Assembly (NCBI GenBank): GCA_025786725.1
Contig: JAHLTZ010000028.1
Span: 186,001-250,000 of the forward strand
Direction: 5' to 3'
Length of the DNA stretch: 64,000 nucleotides
From: Syncephalis fuscata S228
Lineage: Eukaryota; Fungi; Zoopagomycota
Made by a program: the position numbers and the translations under genes
Shown: positions 26,685 through 41,826 of the stretch, piece by piece
Layout of the letters: each line of letters begins with the position of its first letter
How positions within the stretch are numbered: position 1 is the first letter of the stretch
The notes under the pieces: generated by a model
Told to the model about the DNA's origin: nothing
What the model saw: only the letters and a program-made list of their open reading frames with translations
The model's database searches: none

Positions 26685-27172
26685 TAAATAAATAACGTAA
26701 CTTGATAATTGGCATTTCCAATAGTGTTACAATTATGATTTTATTCAATAGAATTTGTTGCTTCATTTGGTATAGCTGTTACTATCAAAAGATAATCAAA
26801 AGTTCACTATAAGCATGTTATTAATACAGCATTATCATATTAATCAGGTAATTAACTTTGATTATTTATTATAATTATTGAACATAAAGTTTATGAGTCG
26901 TGTATCTATGCTGGTCTTATGTGCAATTATTATTTACAAGGTTATATATTAACACATGAAAAAAGAAACTGAATAAATGATAAGTTTTTCTTTCAATATT
27001 CTAATTAAATATAAATTTCTAGTCTAAATAGTTTAATAGTTGCCATTATCAAATTGCTTAATTAATACGTGTATGTTTATAATAATTTAAATAAAATACC
27101 ATTAGACAATTAATAAAAGCGAAAGAATAAATAAAAAGTACTTTCAATTTGTTATATTAATTCATTTTATTA

Positions 27173-29302
27173 CTATTCCCAATCAGCATCTGTCCTCATT
27201 AATAGCTGGTGTTTATTAGCAAATCCTTGATTGAATTTAAGCATTTGATTGATGTCTCGTACCCAATCCACGCCTTCATTGACTCGATTGACACATAGCA
27301 TCGGAAAGCTTGACTGTTTAATCTATTATTCAATATAAGGAATCAGTTAACAATAATCGTCATGCAAAAGTCTATTTACCTGTACATAGCTTCCAACAGG
27401 CAATAGACATAGCACTCGACCATCTACAGTTAGCTCTGCTTGTCCGCGATTGAAGGTAGACACTTGGATCTGAACATTAGAGTCAGCGGGTAAGAGTACT
27501 GGTCGAAACGAAAGTGACAGCGGACAGACTGGCGTGATAAGCAAAGATGCCACTGATGGATGAACAATAGGACCGCCTTTAATGATATATACAACATATA
27601 TAGCAGCTCAGTCAGTGATACTGATCGATACAAGTAATAAAGTGGATATATTACCTGCTGATAGTGAATAAGCCGTAGAACCAGTGGGTGTTGCAATAAT
27701 TAGACTAATAATAGAATTAACATTATGAATGAACAGTATTAATATCGCCCATCTCACCCATCTGCCTGTAAAGTCATTAATTTATTAGGTATAGTTTGTT
27801 ATTTAATTGTTTATCCACTTACAACAGCATCAGTAAGAAACTCCCCATTAATGTAGCAACTAACAGCCGACAAGTGTGGATATCGACCTCGATGCAAGTT
27901 CACTTCATTCATTACTTGAACTGATCTATCATCATTATCGCAGTCAATGGCGTGAGCTAATTTCTTCATGTAAGCCAATCGTTGCTTATTACCGGCCTGC
28001 TTGATCTTCTCGCCTGTTGATGTAAATGCCGTGCATTCCAGACGTAATCGTGGTAATAAAGAGGCATGTCCATTCATTAGATTGGATAAGGCCGACATAT
28101 AATCTTTAAAATCTATAGTCGTCAAGCTTATTAGTATAATCCGACTAAGGATTTAGTTATCATCACTTACGGAATGGCAGTAGAAATCCAAGGGTTCCCA
28201 TTGAGAATGAAACAATGGGCGGTACACGCTTGTTGAATATCGAAGAAACGTGTAAAATGGTGCCATCACCACCAATTGTAACAACGAAATCTACAACACG
28301 TTCATACTCTTGATAATCATCTGGATTTTAAATAAAATCACATTGATCAAGTAAACATAGTAAACAGTACGATCACTTACCTTCCTCGACAACATGTGCA
28401 AATGGCAATTGTTCGGAAAGTGCTGCTGCAACTTTACGCTCAATGATCACATTAAAAGGCGGATTTTGTTGACGCAGCCACCTTTACACAGCCAATCGCA
28501 AATTAGTGTCATGTGTTAGCATAGCAATAAATGCCCCGTATTATTTGATGGTACATCGTTAAAGCGTAGCACATTTAACGAAGTAACGAAACTTACTGTG
28601 CCACATCAACAAGAGCTCGCTCCGTTGCCTGATCTGCCGGTTTTTTAACCAATAAAGCAGTACGCGGCCTCTGCTCCCACACTAATCTTGAGCCACTGTG
28701 TGCCACAATCGTATGTCTACGTATTAAATTACATCATTTTAACGCCGCCTTTTTCCATACCTGGCGATGACACCGTCACTATCATCCTCAGTACTAGCGG
28801 CAAACTGAGTTCTAGCTCGTGAAGGCTGTTGTTCTCTCCTTGCTTCGTGTGAGGTTAGGATTATTGCTGTTGTTTAGGCCTTTTCTCCATTCCTACTCCT
28901 CTCTTGGCACTTACTAGTTGTCTTTTGAAAGTGGATCGACTGCAGCTGATAATCAACACGAGAGGGCAATTGTTTAGTATCGTCAAGACGATAGGGCTTA
29001 TGAGTCGATGCTGTTTTAGAAAACCATCGGCCTAAATGTGGCGTGATACGGCTATTGACGAATAGACTAGGAGTTGTCCTGGTCGCGATAGTGTAAGGGG
29101 TTGGCTGGCACTGTCTTTTAACAGCAATAGCACACGGTGTGGTATACGACCGGCTAGAGCTCAGGTTGGAACGTACCGACTGAGGCACAACTGCAGGTTT
29201 GAAGGCCGTCGTTCGTTGCAGCAATGAGCCACAACGAGTGATTTTGCCCAACGAGCTAACGTAATGAGACGGAAAACAAAAAGTCTGACGCAACAACAAC
29301 AT
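27173..29302 (-). CDS. POS5: Mitochondrial NADH/NAD+ kinase, multi-exon
   Basis: Arg/Ser-rich presequence; [55 protein letters not shown]. Confidence 0.9.
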
Positions 29303-30333
29303 TCTATCCGTAATGAAAATAAATAACAATGTTTACATAGCACCCTGATTCAATTGATTTAATCTAATTGATCCAATAGTGTTGATATTAGTTTGTAAGC
29401 TATTTATAAATATGCCTTAGTAAAACTCATGTGTGGCACACCTGAGTTATGTATTCTTGTTATTTACCGAGTTTTGTCGCCGTATTTTTACATGTTACGC
29501 TTCTACTCTTACGTGAGTACACCGCCTGTAGAGGGTATGACATATAAAAGTCGGCTTATTCTTGTATTCTAGATATCAAAGATATAGTATTCGTCGTGTT
29601 GCCTTTCATTAATAGCACAAGGCCAATTTTGTGCCAATATCCTATTTCTACTCCTAGTTTATTTATAATAACCGCCACCATTAAAACATCTTAATTATAC
29701 ATTTTATCCGTTGTAACATATGGATATATATGTTTAATTTTACCATAACTCTGTCAATAGCGGCTATTAATAATGATAGCTAAATGTCAAGTATGGCATG
29801 ATTCTAAAACATTGTTGCATCCGACTTGAGTGTAAATAAAATACCGGATTAGCCATCGATATGCAATGTAATACTGCTGGGGTCGTTGTGAAATCAAGGC
29901 GTAGCACAGTAAGGCATTCGGGACCGTGCTGCAGATATAGTTCACTAAAATGACACTTGCTATCTAGTTTAGGCAATACCAAACAACATTAGAAGTCGGC
30001 TTTGATATCTGCGAAGCGCCTTCCTTAACCATTTAAAACAAGTTTAGAAAACAAGTTACACTGGTACTTGTATACAAATAGATCGAGTTCCAACTTTCAA
30101 CGACCTTGCACACCTTTCCGCACTCGTTTATTATTTATTGCTTATCGCAATTATCATCCTCCATCATTCAGCTATAAAGCATTATTGCCGTCCATTTCCT
30201 TTTTCCTATTACACGGACGTAGTATTACCGTTGTTGTTGTTGTTGTTGATATTATTATTGTCATCTTCCATATTACCATTGTTGCCACTAAATCTTATTA
30301 ATATTGTGAGGTATTGCCAATACCATAGACAAT

Positions 30334-32337
30334 ATGTTTTGTCGCGTAGTCGCTCGTTTATTCTACATCCTACTAGCCATCACACTTACTAACACCTTCC
30401 AACTACACCAACTGCAGCCGGTTTCTGCGCTAGTAACCTTCCAAATTAATAATAAGACTACTTCTTTTCACACCCAAGATCCCTTTCAAGTGCGCTTTCC
30501 CGCCTATCTTGATGAAGGTGTCTTGATTCAGGGTGAATTCGATGACTCGACCGATTGCGTCTTAACCTTTGATCCGGACAGTCCAGTGATAGCCGGTCAT
30601 TCAAAAGCCATCGTTTCTATTAGCGAGAAAAAGTCATATAAGGAAGGTGGTTGTGCAACAATGAGTGAGGTAGTTAATTAAATCAATATTTACGGTTTAA
30701 TAAGACCGTTACTTTATTGCTGAATATTAATTACATATCTATTTATCTATTTATTTATACTAAATAGGCAGCTAATGCCGCCATAAATCTTGGTAAGAAG
30801 CTAAGCTCCAAAGGAGGACCGTCAGTTATAGCCGTACTCTATCTACTTCGGGATAAGGGCAAAGTCCCCGGTGCTCCTCGTGAAGTAAAATATACCACGC
30901 GTATGCTATCCTTTAAGAATGAGCTACCGTCCGTCCACATAGCCTTTGTGCTTGAGGATGACTTCAGAACTGTAGTACCAAAATCAAAAAAGCAAGTCAA
31001 GTCTATTCCAGTTCTTTTACAACAAGGTAAGCTATCCATTAATCTACGTCAATTTAGTCGTTGATATTAACTCATGCTAACCGCTATGCTATCTTTTAGA
31101 ACCTGGACCATGGAATGAAGTATTTATGTCAGGCGAATTTATCGCCTACACCTACATTCTTATGGGAATAACAACCATTTTTGTCATACGCAGTATGTTC
31201 ATTCTAATCGGTATTATGCGATCAAAGAAATACCCAGCAAAGAATCGAATTGCCATTTATGTTTCCGCCTTTATAGGCGCTATATGTAAGTAGATTTAAT
31301 AACAATAATAAGACTGGCAATTTACTTACACACAACACTACAATAGTGTTTATCGTTACATTGCCTATGAACTCCTTTACTGAAGAGTACCAGCTTATCT
31401 ATCGTATTATGGAGCTTGTTTTATTACTTTCGTTTCATCTTTTACTTCTATTATGGTAAGTTAGATAGATTTTATTTATTTACTTATTAACCAAGATTTA
31501 TGATATAGGCATCACTTCATCACCCGTATGCGTACCAATCATCGCTTGGCCTGGTTCAAATACGTTATATGGTTTTCGTTGGCCTCTGCCTTCTTTAAAT
31601 TCATCATTCGAACCTTCTTCCCGGGCGAAGGCAAGGAATCCACTACAGGCTATATCGTAGACGTTAATCGCATTACGGGCTGGATAATGTTGACCATTCT
31701 ATCTTTATTCTTTATCTATTACGGTAAGATTTTATATTATACAATCCATCATCAGCATCATCATTACAAATGCTTATACATTAATATTAGGTGTGCTATT
31801 TTGGATAAAACGACAAGAGTGTACATTGAATATGGTCACACGCAGTGCTTTGACTCAGGTAATGACCATAAACCATTTACTTGAATAGTAATAGCTACAC
31901 AGCAATCTAATCACTTGCTAACACGTGTATTTACATTCTACTTAGGTCACACTGATTTGTGCATTTGCTTCTTTGGTCTCGCTCTATCTGTTGCTGAAGA
32001 AATCCTTAAAAACCAAAAGGTGTGGCGTCTAGGTGTAGCACCTGAAGTGGTACGTATGATACTCAAGGACATTGCGCCTAGTCTACGTATCATTGCCATT
32101 CTATTTGTTCTTGATGCTCGCGCCAAGTCCACCAATGGCACTTCCGTACGAAGTGGCGCTATTCGAACACCCTATGGCATCAAGCCATCCGAGCTATCTC
32201 AACGAAGCAACACAACAGCATTCCCAGACAGTAGTATCACTGTCACATCATCTCGTTCTCGCAATATCTCGTTCCAACCATTGTCTTCATTGCGACACGA
32301 CAAAGATTCCATTTTGGGTACAACCTCAAATCATTAA
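30334..32337 (+). CDS. Signal peptide, extracellular (PA-like) domain and about 7 TM; receptor-like, multi-exon
   Basis: Hydrophobic N-terminus; Cys-containing ectodomain; EPGPWNEVF linker followed by serial hydrophobic helices; Ser-rich tail. Confidence 0.65.
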
Positions 32338-32633
32338 CATGTCAACCTATAATGCATGTCTTTTGATAATCATAATATACGTATTATTTGCCTTGTTGCC
32401 ATATATACATGTGCTACTTAGAATTATTATGTTAACAATAAGCATAGACACTATATATTATAGATGCATTCTAGATTTATTATATTCATCATAAATATAA
32501 TATTTTAATATTAATAAACTGCCTATTTTCTACATTAAATACTACTTTGCTTTAAATGATCGGTCTCTCTCAATAGTTAAATAGTGCTATTTATTGCTGA
32601 TGCCACGATAGTGTGCCATGTATATTTATTTAT

Positions 32634-33529
32634 TTACGGCTTTTTATAAGGCACTGGCCTGGTGACCCAGTAGAAAAGACCCACACCAGCCAATGATCCT
32701 ATGGCTGGCATAAGATCCATCATAAATACAGTATAAATCCATATGGTGGCCAATCCAGGACATTGACGCATAATACCATAGGCTGGAGATGTATTTAATA
32801 AATGTAATAAATAACACCCAGATGCTGCTGAAACGCCCGGTAACAGAAGACGTATAAGTATGTGTTGTCGATACCGAGTACTAATATAAAACATAGTGAA
32901 GAACACTGATGGCCATTATTAGTATTATAACTATAAGTTGACTGGACTAAGCTAATTATATTGCTCACTTACATGGTAATACTTTTAGTACTCGAGTAAC
33001 AATTTCCATCGGAGATGCTTCCTCGTTATATTGTCGATGAATTAGTGCATCCATAATGGCATAAATAGTACAGAATGGAATAGTATAAAGAATAGCTAAA
33101 AAGAAGTAGTCTTCACTAAGCGGTACACCATCATCTTGACTAGCCTGCTTGTCCTTCTTCTTAATCTTCTTTAATAGGCCGCTTTCACGTATTAATCGCA
33201 TCTTTTCATCGTCTGGAATGCCGCCATCGTCATCGTCGTTACCATCATCGCGTTGGCCAACACTACCAGCATCAATAATTCGTACATTTCCCTGTCGTGT
33301 TTCTTTATACGGTTTCTTTTTAGTAGTCCACCATTTTTACGCTCTTCAATCTGTTCTACAAGTGTTTTGGCTGCCCGAGGTCTATTTAATTCACTGGGCC
33401 GCATACCTTTGAGCTCCGCTTGAGCATTAGGTGTAATAATCTCATCGATCACTTCGTCATATTCATCGAATGCCATAGGCTCAAGTTGGGGCGACTTTTT
33501 CTGCTGCTTGCTTGTTTCGAACGGCCCAT
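32634..33529 (-). CDS. Conserved fungal membrane protein (DUF7719-like); one frameshift near 33350
   Basis: DEKMRLIRESGLL, YTIPFCTIYAIMDALIHRQY, YGIMRQCPGLATIWIYTVFMMDL. Confidence 0.65.
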
Positions 33530-33898
33530 TGTCGGCGTCAGTAGTAGTAGTAGTAGTGGTAGTGGTAGTGGCAATAGTAACAACAATGATCCGGTATAAC
33601 TGGCCTTGAAATGCACAACTAAAGGTGGCAGTAAATAACTAAAGGTAAGGCAAGGAAGGAGCAAAAGAAGCTTTATTTAGTAATTGTTATTTTTTCTATT
33701 ACCTGACTCGGTGACGTCCTCGTTTGAAAGGAACGCGCGTACTTTTTGTCTTTTTCTCCTCTCCTTTTCCTTTAAAGCCTGCGTCTATACGACCCACCTT
33801 TTACTGTCCGACACCTCTTCTTTACTCGTTGACTTGAAGCTACAACACTTTCTATTTGGTTCTTGCTCTTATTCGTGCTATCTGGGCCATAGTTAGTT

Positions 33899-36113
33899 AT
33901 GTTACGCTTACTTTCCACTCGGTTGACAACGCAACGGGTTGCTACGACCCAGCTAGCTCGTTCAGTTCAGGTAAACACCAACTATAACATGGCTATAGCT
34001 ATATACTATTACTATAAATCCATCAATCGACTAACTAATATATGTATATGTATATGTATATCTAGAAACGAACATTTGCATTCCCAGCTGGTCAAAAGGA
34101 AGTAAGTAATAAATATATGTTAAAATACACAGGCTAATTCATTTATAGCTATTAAATAAACCACTTTCAAGCGTTGACCCAGAGATATATGACATTATTG
34201 AGAAAGAGAAATGCCGACAACGTGAAAGTATTGTGCTTATTCCATCGGAGAACTTTACTTCTTCGGCTGTAATGGAAGCACTTGGCTCTATTATGCAGAA
34301 TAAATACTCTGAAGGCTATCCAGGTGCTCGGTAAGTGTCATTATACCTGGTTGATGGAGTATTAACCTATTTAATTTACAGTTACTATGGCGGCAATGAA
34401 TGGATCGATGCTTCTGAAAGACTATGCCAGAAGCGAGCATTAGAAGCATTCCAATTGGATCCTCAACAATGGGGTGTTAATGTCCAAGCACTATCTGGTA
34501 ATTACAAATAATCATTGATTAGTTTCATTTATTTACCATAATAACCATAATATAATAATAATGTAATAATAATAATATAGGATCACCTGCTAATTTGTGT
34601 GTTTATGGTGCGTTATTAAAGCCTCATGAACGTATCATGGGATTGGATTTACCTCATGGAGGACAGTAAGTTTTAATAGTATATTAGTAATATATCTATA
34701 TCTATATCTATATCTATTAATTAACTATAATGAATAGTTTGTCACATGGCTATCAAACAGATACCAAAAAGATATCGGCTGTATCTGTTTATTTCGAGAC
34801 ATTCCCGTATCGTGTCAATGAAAAGACAGGCATTATTGATTATGACACATTAGAGAAGAATGCCCAACTATACCGCCCAAAGATTATTGTAGCCGGTGCC
34901 AGTGCCTATCCACGACTTATCGACTATGAACGAATGAAGACAGTGAGTGTTAATAATTAACATATTTAATACTTGTATTTATCAATTAATTAGATTACCA
35001 CTAAATCTAAAGCATATCTTATGGTAGATATGGCTCATATTAGTGGTAAGTAGCCATCTATTAACATTTATTAAATATTCAATTTATACACGCTATAGGC
35101 TTAGTATCAGCTGGTGTGTTACCATCACCATTTGAATATGCCGATGTTGTTACCACAACAACACATAAATCTCTACGAGGCCCACGTGGTGCATTGATAT
35201 TCTATCGTAAAGGTGTTCGCGGTACCAATAAAAAGGGAGAAGGTAAATAGTTATTGAGTATACGTGCTAATTAATATATTAATATATTAATATATTCATT
35301 ATTATGTATAGATATTTTGTATGACCTTGAAAAGCCTATTAATCAATCCGTATTCCCTGGTCATCAAGGTGGACCCCACAACCATACAATTACTGCATTG
35401 GCCGTAGCATTAAAACAAGTAAATAGCTAATTAATTGTTATAATAATAATGATGATGAACTAAATTATTATTAGGCTATGACACCAGAGTTTCGTGAATA
35501 TCAACAACAAGTATTAAAGAACTGTCAACGACTAGCCACTGAATTGCGTAACCGTCAATATCGCCTAGTAACTGATGGTACTGATACACATCTTTTATTA
35601 ATCGATCTACGTGACAAGGCTGTTGATGGCGCCCGAGTTGAACGTGTATTAGAATTGGCCAACATTGCTGCCAACAAGAATACCGTTCCCGGTGATCGTA
35701 GTGCTTTAATTCCTGGTGGTCTACGTATTGGTAAGTACAAGGGTTTATAGCTATGATAACAACAATAATAATGACTTATCATTCTATCATAGGTACACCG
35801 GCTATGACTTCTCGTGGCCTAAATGAAGATGATTTTGCTGAAGTGGCCAATTTGATTGATCGGGCTGTTCAAATTACTCAAACAATTAGTAAACAAGCAA
35901 CTGGTAATGATAGATTATTAAATACTATAGATATATATTATACTAAATGGTTTATTCATAGGTACTAAATTAAAAGACTTTAAAGAGAAACTAGGCGATG
36001 ATGTAGCGCAATGGCCAGATCTACAAAAGTTACACGACGATGTAGCTCGATTCTCTCGTCGTTTCCCTTCAGTTGGTTTTGATGAATCTACTATGCGTTA
36101 CCATACTGACTAA
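33899..36113 (+). CDS. SHM1: Mitochondrial serine hydroxymethyltransferase, multi-exon
   Basis: Presequence; [51 protein letters not shown] (PLP lysine), NKNTVPGD. Confidence 0.96.
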
Positions 36114-36625
36114 ATCACTCCATCATTTTACTATTCCCCAAATACACACACACGATCATTATTCTATTAATAGTATTCGTGTTGAAAGTCGGTTTTTATT
36201 AGAGGATAACAATAGTTTACCTCACTGACTAACTTATAAATCATAATTAAACAGAAACACCATCCATAGTGTTTTGTTTAAGTGTCAAGTGTTTTGTAAT
36301 TGAAAGCATCATCATGCCAAATGATATTCATAACTATTGCAATAATGACAAATACAATATAATGAATATAAATGGCAATGCCCGATTGTCCAAAGATGAT
36401 TGCTACAGTAGTCAATATGATGGAAATGAGGATGGAAATGAAGCGCAAATGATAAAGGTTTAGCGATAGATGATGTAGTTGTAGTTGTAGTTGTAGTTAT
36501 ATAATATTAATAGTTAGTGTAAAAGACAGAGAGAAAGAGAATAAAGAAACGAGATGGCAATTAATCAATGTAGATACTAATATTTTTGTCTTTTTTACTT
36601 GTTTAACACTATAAGCAAGTAATCT

Positions 36626-37666
36626 TTACGGCGAGGGTAGTGAGTCAATGGCGTGAGCAGCATCTGTATGTTTGATAAGTTCTTCACGAGCGGCGTGTAA
36701 TCCTTTATAGGCATTTTTAATCGTCACTTCGGATACACCGGCTACCACGGCTATCTCTTTAGCTAGACGCGGTACACCATACAAACCGGCCACCATATAG
36801 ATGCACGCGGCAGCAATTGACACTGGGCTCTTGCCAGCTAGCGTGCCTAGATCCTTGGCACGCTCACCCACCGCCATAGCGGCCTTTTTAACTTCAGCCG
36901 GTAGACTAAGATACGAACAGAAACGAAGCATTAAATCACCACCGGCCATATCTTGCGATAACATAGCCGTATCAAGTTCACGAGCCAATGCTTTAAAGCA
37001 GCGACCAATCTCTTTCTTGGGCACTTTAGTAAGGGCGCAGATTTCTTTAAATGTACGCGTTACGCCTTCTTGTCGACAAGCAATAAAAATACACGCGGCA
37101 ATCAACGCATCGTTACTCTTGCCGCGAAGTAATTTACGCTCATCCACTTGTTTGTAAAGATGTTTAGCCGCATCACCAATTAGGCGTGGCAAGCCAATAG
37201 CGTCGCACATGGCCGATATTTCTTTATATGTCTGTACGAGATGACGTTCACCTTTCACGGCCGATGCTCGTCCATGCGTTTTGCTAAGGTTACGTGACGC
37301 ACCACTACCGCCATCAAGCTTTGAAATGATTGTATCGAGTTGGGTGCCGTTAAGGAGCGGATTGGCACTGCCACCAACACGAGATGGATCCTCGTCTTCG
37401 TTGCTGAATGTACGCCATTCAGACCGTGTATCGACAATACGATCACCGAGTACAAGGCCACAGTCACCGCATACTAGATCACCTTCGGCAAAGCACTCAA
37501 CAAGATTGGGTGGGTCCCGTCGACAATCACGACAGATTAAGCGGATATTAAGATCGGGTGCATGTGGTCCACCGCTGCCGGGCGCCGCAACCGCTGCTCC
37601 TCCATTCACCGCCTTACCATTGGCCATTGCAGTACCTCCTCCTATCGCTCCATTACCATATGCCAT
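36626..37666 (-). CDS. SUA7: General transcription factor TFIIB; intronless CDS
   Basis: Zn ribbon CRDC...CGDCG; B-reader DTRSEWRTF; two cyclin-like repeats (GKSPVSIAAACIY). Confidence 0.97.
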   Translation of the reverse strand: MAYGNGAIGGGTAMANGKAVNGGAAVAAPGSGGPHAPDLNIRLICRDCRRDPPNLVECFAEGDLVCGDCGLVLGDRIVDTRSEWRTFSNEDEDPSRVGGSANPLLNGTQLDTIISKLDGGSGASRNLSKTHGRASAVKGERHLVQTYKEISAMCDAIGLPRLIGDAAKHLYKQVDERKLLRGKSNDALIAACIFIACRQEGVTRTFKEICALTKVPKKEIGRCFKALARELDTAMLSQDMAGGDLMLRFCSYLSLPAEVKKAAMAVGERAKDLGTLAGKSPVSIAAACIYMVAGLYGVPRLAKEIAVVAGVSEVTIKNAYKGLHAAREELIKHTDAAHAIDSLPSP

Positions 37667-38862
37667 GTTGCTATATTTTATAGGCAGTAATCAATAGAGA
37701 CGGTAACCGTGGTACAATAACAATGGCTGTAGCTATCGTGTATTTGTGCTAATACAATCTCTGCTATTCGAATAATAGACACTAAACGTAAGTCATTAAT
37801 AAATCATGTATATCATTGTATAATCATCGACATCAAAATCAAACATGGCAAATAGCCTCATATTTAAATAATAGTAATAATGGCAGTAATCGTAACATGG
37901 AAACATGTTAGTAAATAAAGGCGTACAATGGATAAAGAAAAAACATAGCAGTTCATAGGTTACAAAGACGCACTTTTACTTGACAACAACAAGTAGTAAA
38001 GTATGGTATTGAAAGAGCAATATTAAACAAGGGGTAGACAGATGTAGGACAAGTCTGTATGAAATAAAGACTGTTACCGCATGGTCAATTGAAACAGTAC
38101 AAAGAATAGAATCAATAGATGGATATATGCATACTACCAATACCAATACCAATACCAATAGTGTAGAAGTAAACGTAGAAGTAGTAATAGCAGTATATAC
38201 TATACTATTTAAAATAAAACATACATACAAAGATGCACAACAATTCTCAAGACAATAGGAAATATATAAAAGAATTAAATATTACCTGTTGCGTGTTTAT
38301 AGTGTATATATTGCTGATCCGTGATGATTTGCCTCAATCGTGAATGTCTTTGCCTTGGTTCTTAACCAAACACTAGATGAATAGAGACGTGTATATAGAA
38401 ATATACGAGTCAACTATCGTAGGTGATCACTGCTGTTGTAAGAATACGACAACGAGAAAAGCAGTAGAGTAGACGGACAAGCAGAAAGAGAAATCGCCAC
38501 TGTTAATACGCTTACACGTAAAAAACAGCTAAACACGCAAACACGCACACGCAAACACCAAGCTGAATAACACGATCCGTACTAGCTAGTTAGTTTATGC
38601 AATCGCCGATGAAGAGAAAGAAAAGGAAAGAAAGTGAACGTTGTTGTTATGTGTGTGTGTGTGTGTGATGTGCGCGAAGGATGAGGAGAAAAGGAAGAGA
38701 TGGAACACGAGAAGAATAAAAAGGAGGACAAACAATTTGTCATAATTCTGTGACACAAAACAAAAATGTTGTTGTGGTGGTTAGTCATCAGTGAGTAATA
38801 ATGGTGTCAATTAAATAATTAACATTAATATAACTTTCATACTTTATTACGGATCTTGATGA

Positions 38863-39823
<961 letters not shown>

Positions 39824-40372
39824 GCTATTGAGCACACTTGCAACAGTAAAATAGGTTGGAAATGGTTACGGTCTAGAAGAAGATAGCGATAGGAAATTGT
39901 TTTATTTAATTTAATACATTGAAACATTAATGCTATACCCATAACATTAATAAAGAAATCCATGATTAATTATTATTATTTATTATTTTAGTTCACTTTA
40001 TAATTAGAAAGTATTTAAATGAACAATAGATATCGATCTATCCATTGATGAGACTATAATCGTGTTTTTTTACTATTACTATGGCTATTATGGTTATGTA
40101 TAATCGTTTTACTAATTAAAGTAGAAAATGAACTAAAGAGAATTGACAGTTTTTGAATGATTCCGGATCACAAAGCTGATAGTTTTGGCCACTTCCGATC
40201 TACTATGGCAGAATAAGTGTATGCATACACACACACACTGTAACTATCCACCACTGGGTGTTAGCGGCATACACCGGCACACTTCGTCATCTCGTTCCCG
40301 GCTCTTCTTTCTCTCCTATTCTTTTATACCAGCAGTTCTTTTGACTTTTTTTGAATTGAACGCTTTTTCGTG

Positions 40373-41826
40373 ATGTTCGCACTTCGTACTGCCGTTGCCA
40401 AGCAGGCACTCCAGTAAGTAGAGGTGATTTAGGAAAATGAATAAACCAACACGGTTGGATCGAACACGCGTCTTGATGTTGCCCTTGACCGATCTATCTA
40501 CAATAACGACTCCGCTATCTTTAAACATGCGGCATTGGAATCTCTAGCTGCTTGATTACTGGTTATTGGCGGTTTATATGCGCTAATAGATCATGATCCT
40601 ATAATATCTGTAATAATAAGCATATAAACAAATACTAATGAATATTCTACTAGGCCAGTGTCTACCACGGTACAGGCGCGTAATATGGCTACTTTGCGTG
40701 AAAGTAAGTATAGTTAGATATCTATAGTATTGTCTATAGGCAATAAGCAGCATTTAATGATATGAAATTATTGTAAATAACTGACACTTAATAGTTCAAC
40801 TGCGTCTCAAGTCAGTTTCCAACATCGCCAAGATTACAAAATCAATGAAAATGATTGCTGCCACTAAACTGACGCGTGCCCAAAAGAATATGGAAATTGC
40901 TCGCAAGTATGGTTTGGCTGCTGCAAGTACGTAAATGATTAGATTAATATAAATTTATAGCCATTATTAACATTAATCGCCATTTATTAATGAATAGGCT
41001 TGTTTGAAAAGGCTGAAACTACCGCGCCTGAAGGAGCTAAAGCGGCACTTATTACCGTATCATCTGATCGTGGTCTATGCGGTGGTATTCACAGCAGTGT
41101 ATCCAAATACACCAAGCGTACCATTGATGCTGCCACCGAACACCCACTTCAATTGATCATTCTCGGTGATAAGGCAAAGGCCCAACTGTCACGTACGCAC
41201 GGTGAAGGTATCAATCTAAGCTTTAATCAATTGGGCAAAGCATCGCCTACTTATGCTGAAGCATGTGCCATTGTTGACACAATTCAAGCTGAAGGATTGC
41301 AATTCGATGAGGCTCGTATTGTCTACAACAACTTCCAAAGTGTTATCTCCTACGAAGCCGTTGAAGCCCACGTCTACTCTGAGGAGATCTTTAAGGAATC
41401 GGGTAAGTAGAAATAGTATATAGTATATAAAATAGTATGGTGGATTAATATATAGCTGTATATCTATAGCCAAATTCTCTCAATATGAGATTGAAGATGA
41501 TGTGCTTGATAACCTTTACGAGTACCAATTTGCCAACACGCTATTCTGGACCTTGACAGAAGGTCATGCCGCTGAAATGGCCGCCAAGCGTACAGCTATG
41601 GAGAATGCCACCAAGAATGCCGGTAACTAACTATTATAACATTGCTTTTATATACTTATGTTTATTTAATACCAGGTGACATGATTGATCGTCTTACACT
41701 TACATACAATCGTGGTCGTCAAGCGGTTATTACCAACGAACTTAGTAAGTTGAATTGTTTATTTATAAATGCATTATTAATTACGTTGTTATAGTCGATA
41801 TTATTACGGGTGCTTCGGCCTTGTAA
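40373..41826 (+). CDS. ATP3: Mitochondrial ATP synthase gamma subunit, multi-exon
   Basis: RNMATLRE; [10 protein letters not shown]; [12 protein letters not shown]; [16 protein letters not shown]; [19 protein letters not shown]. Confidence 0.97.

Noticed and set aside
36801-37697. Plus-strand ORFs over TFIIB and similar shadow ORFs over other genes
   Set aside because: Antisense or alternative-frame by-products of GC-richer coding DNA.
40575-40605. U3 box A-like ATAGGATCAT on the minus strand
   Set aside because: No downstream C', B, C or D boxes.
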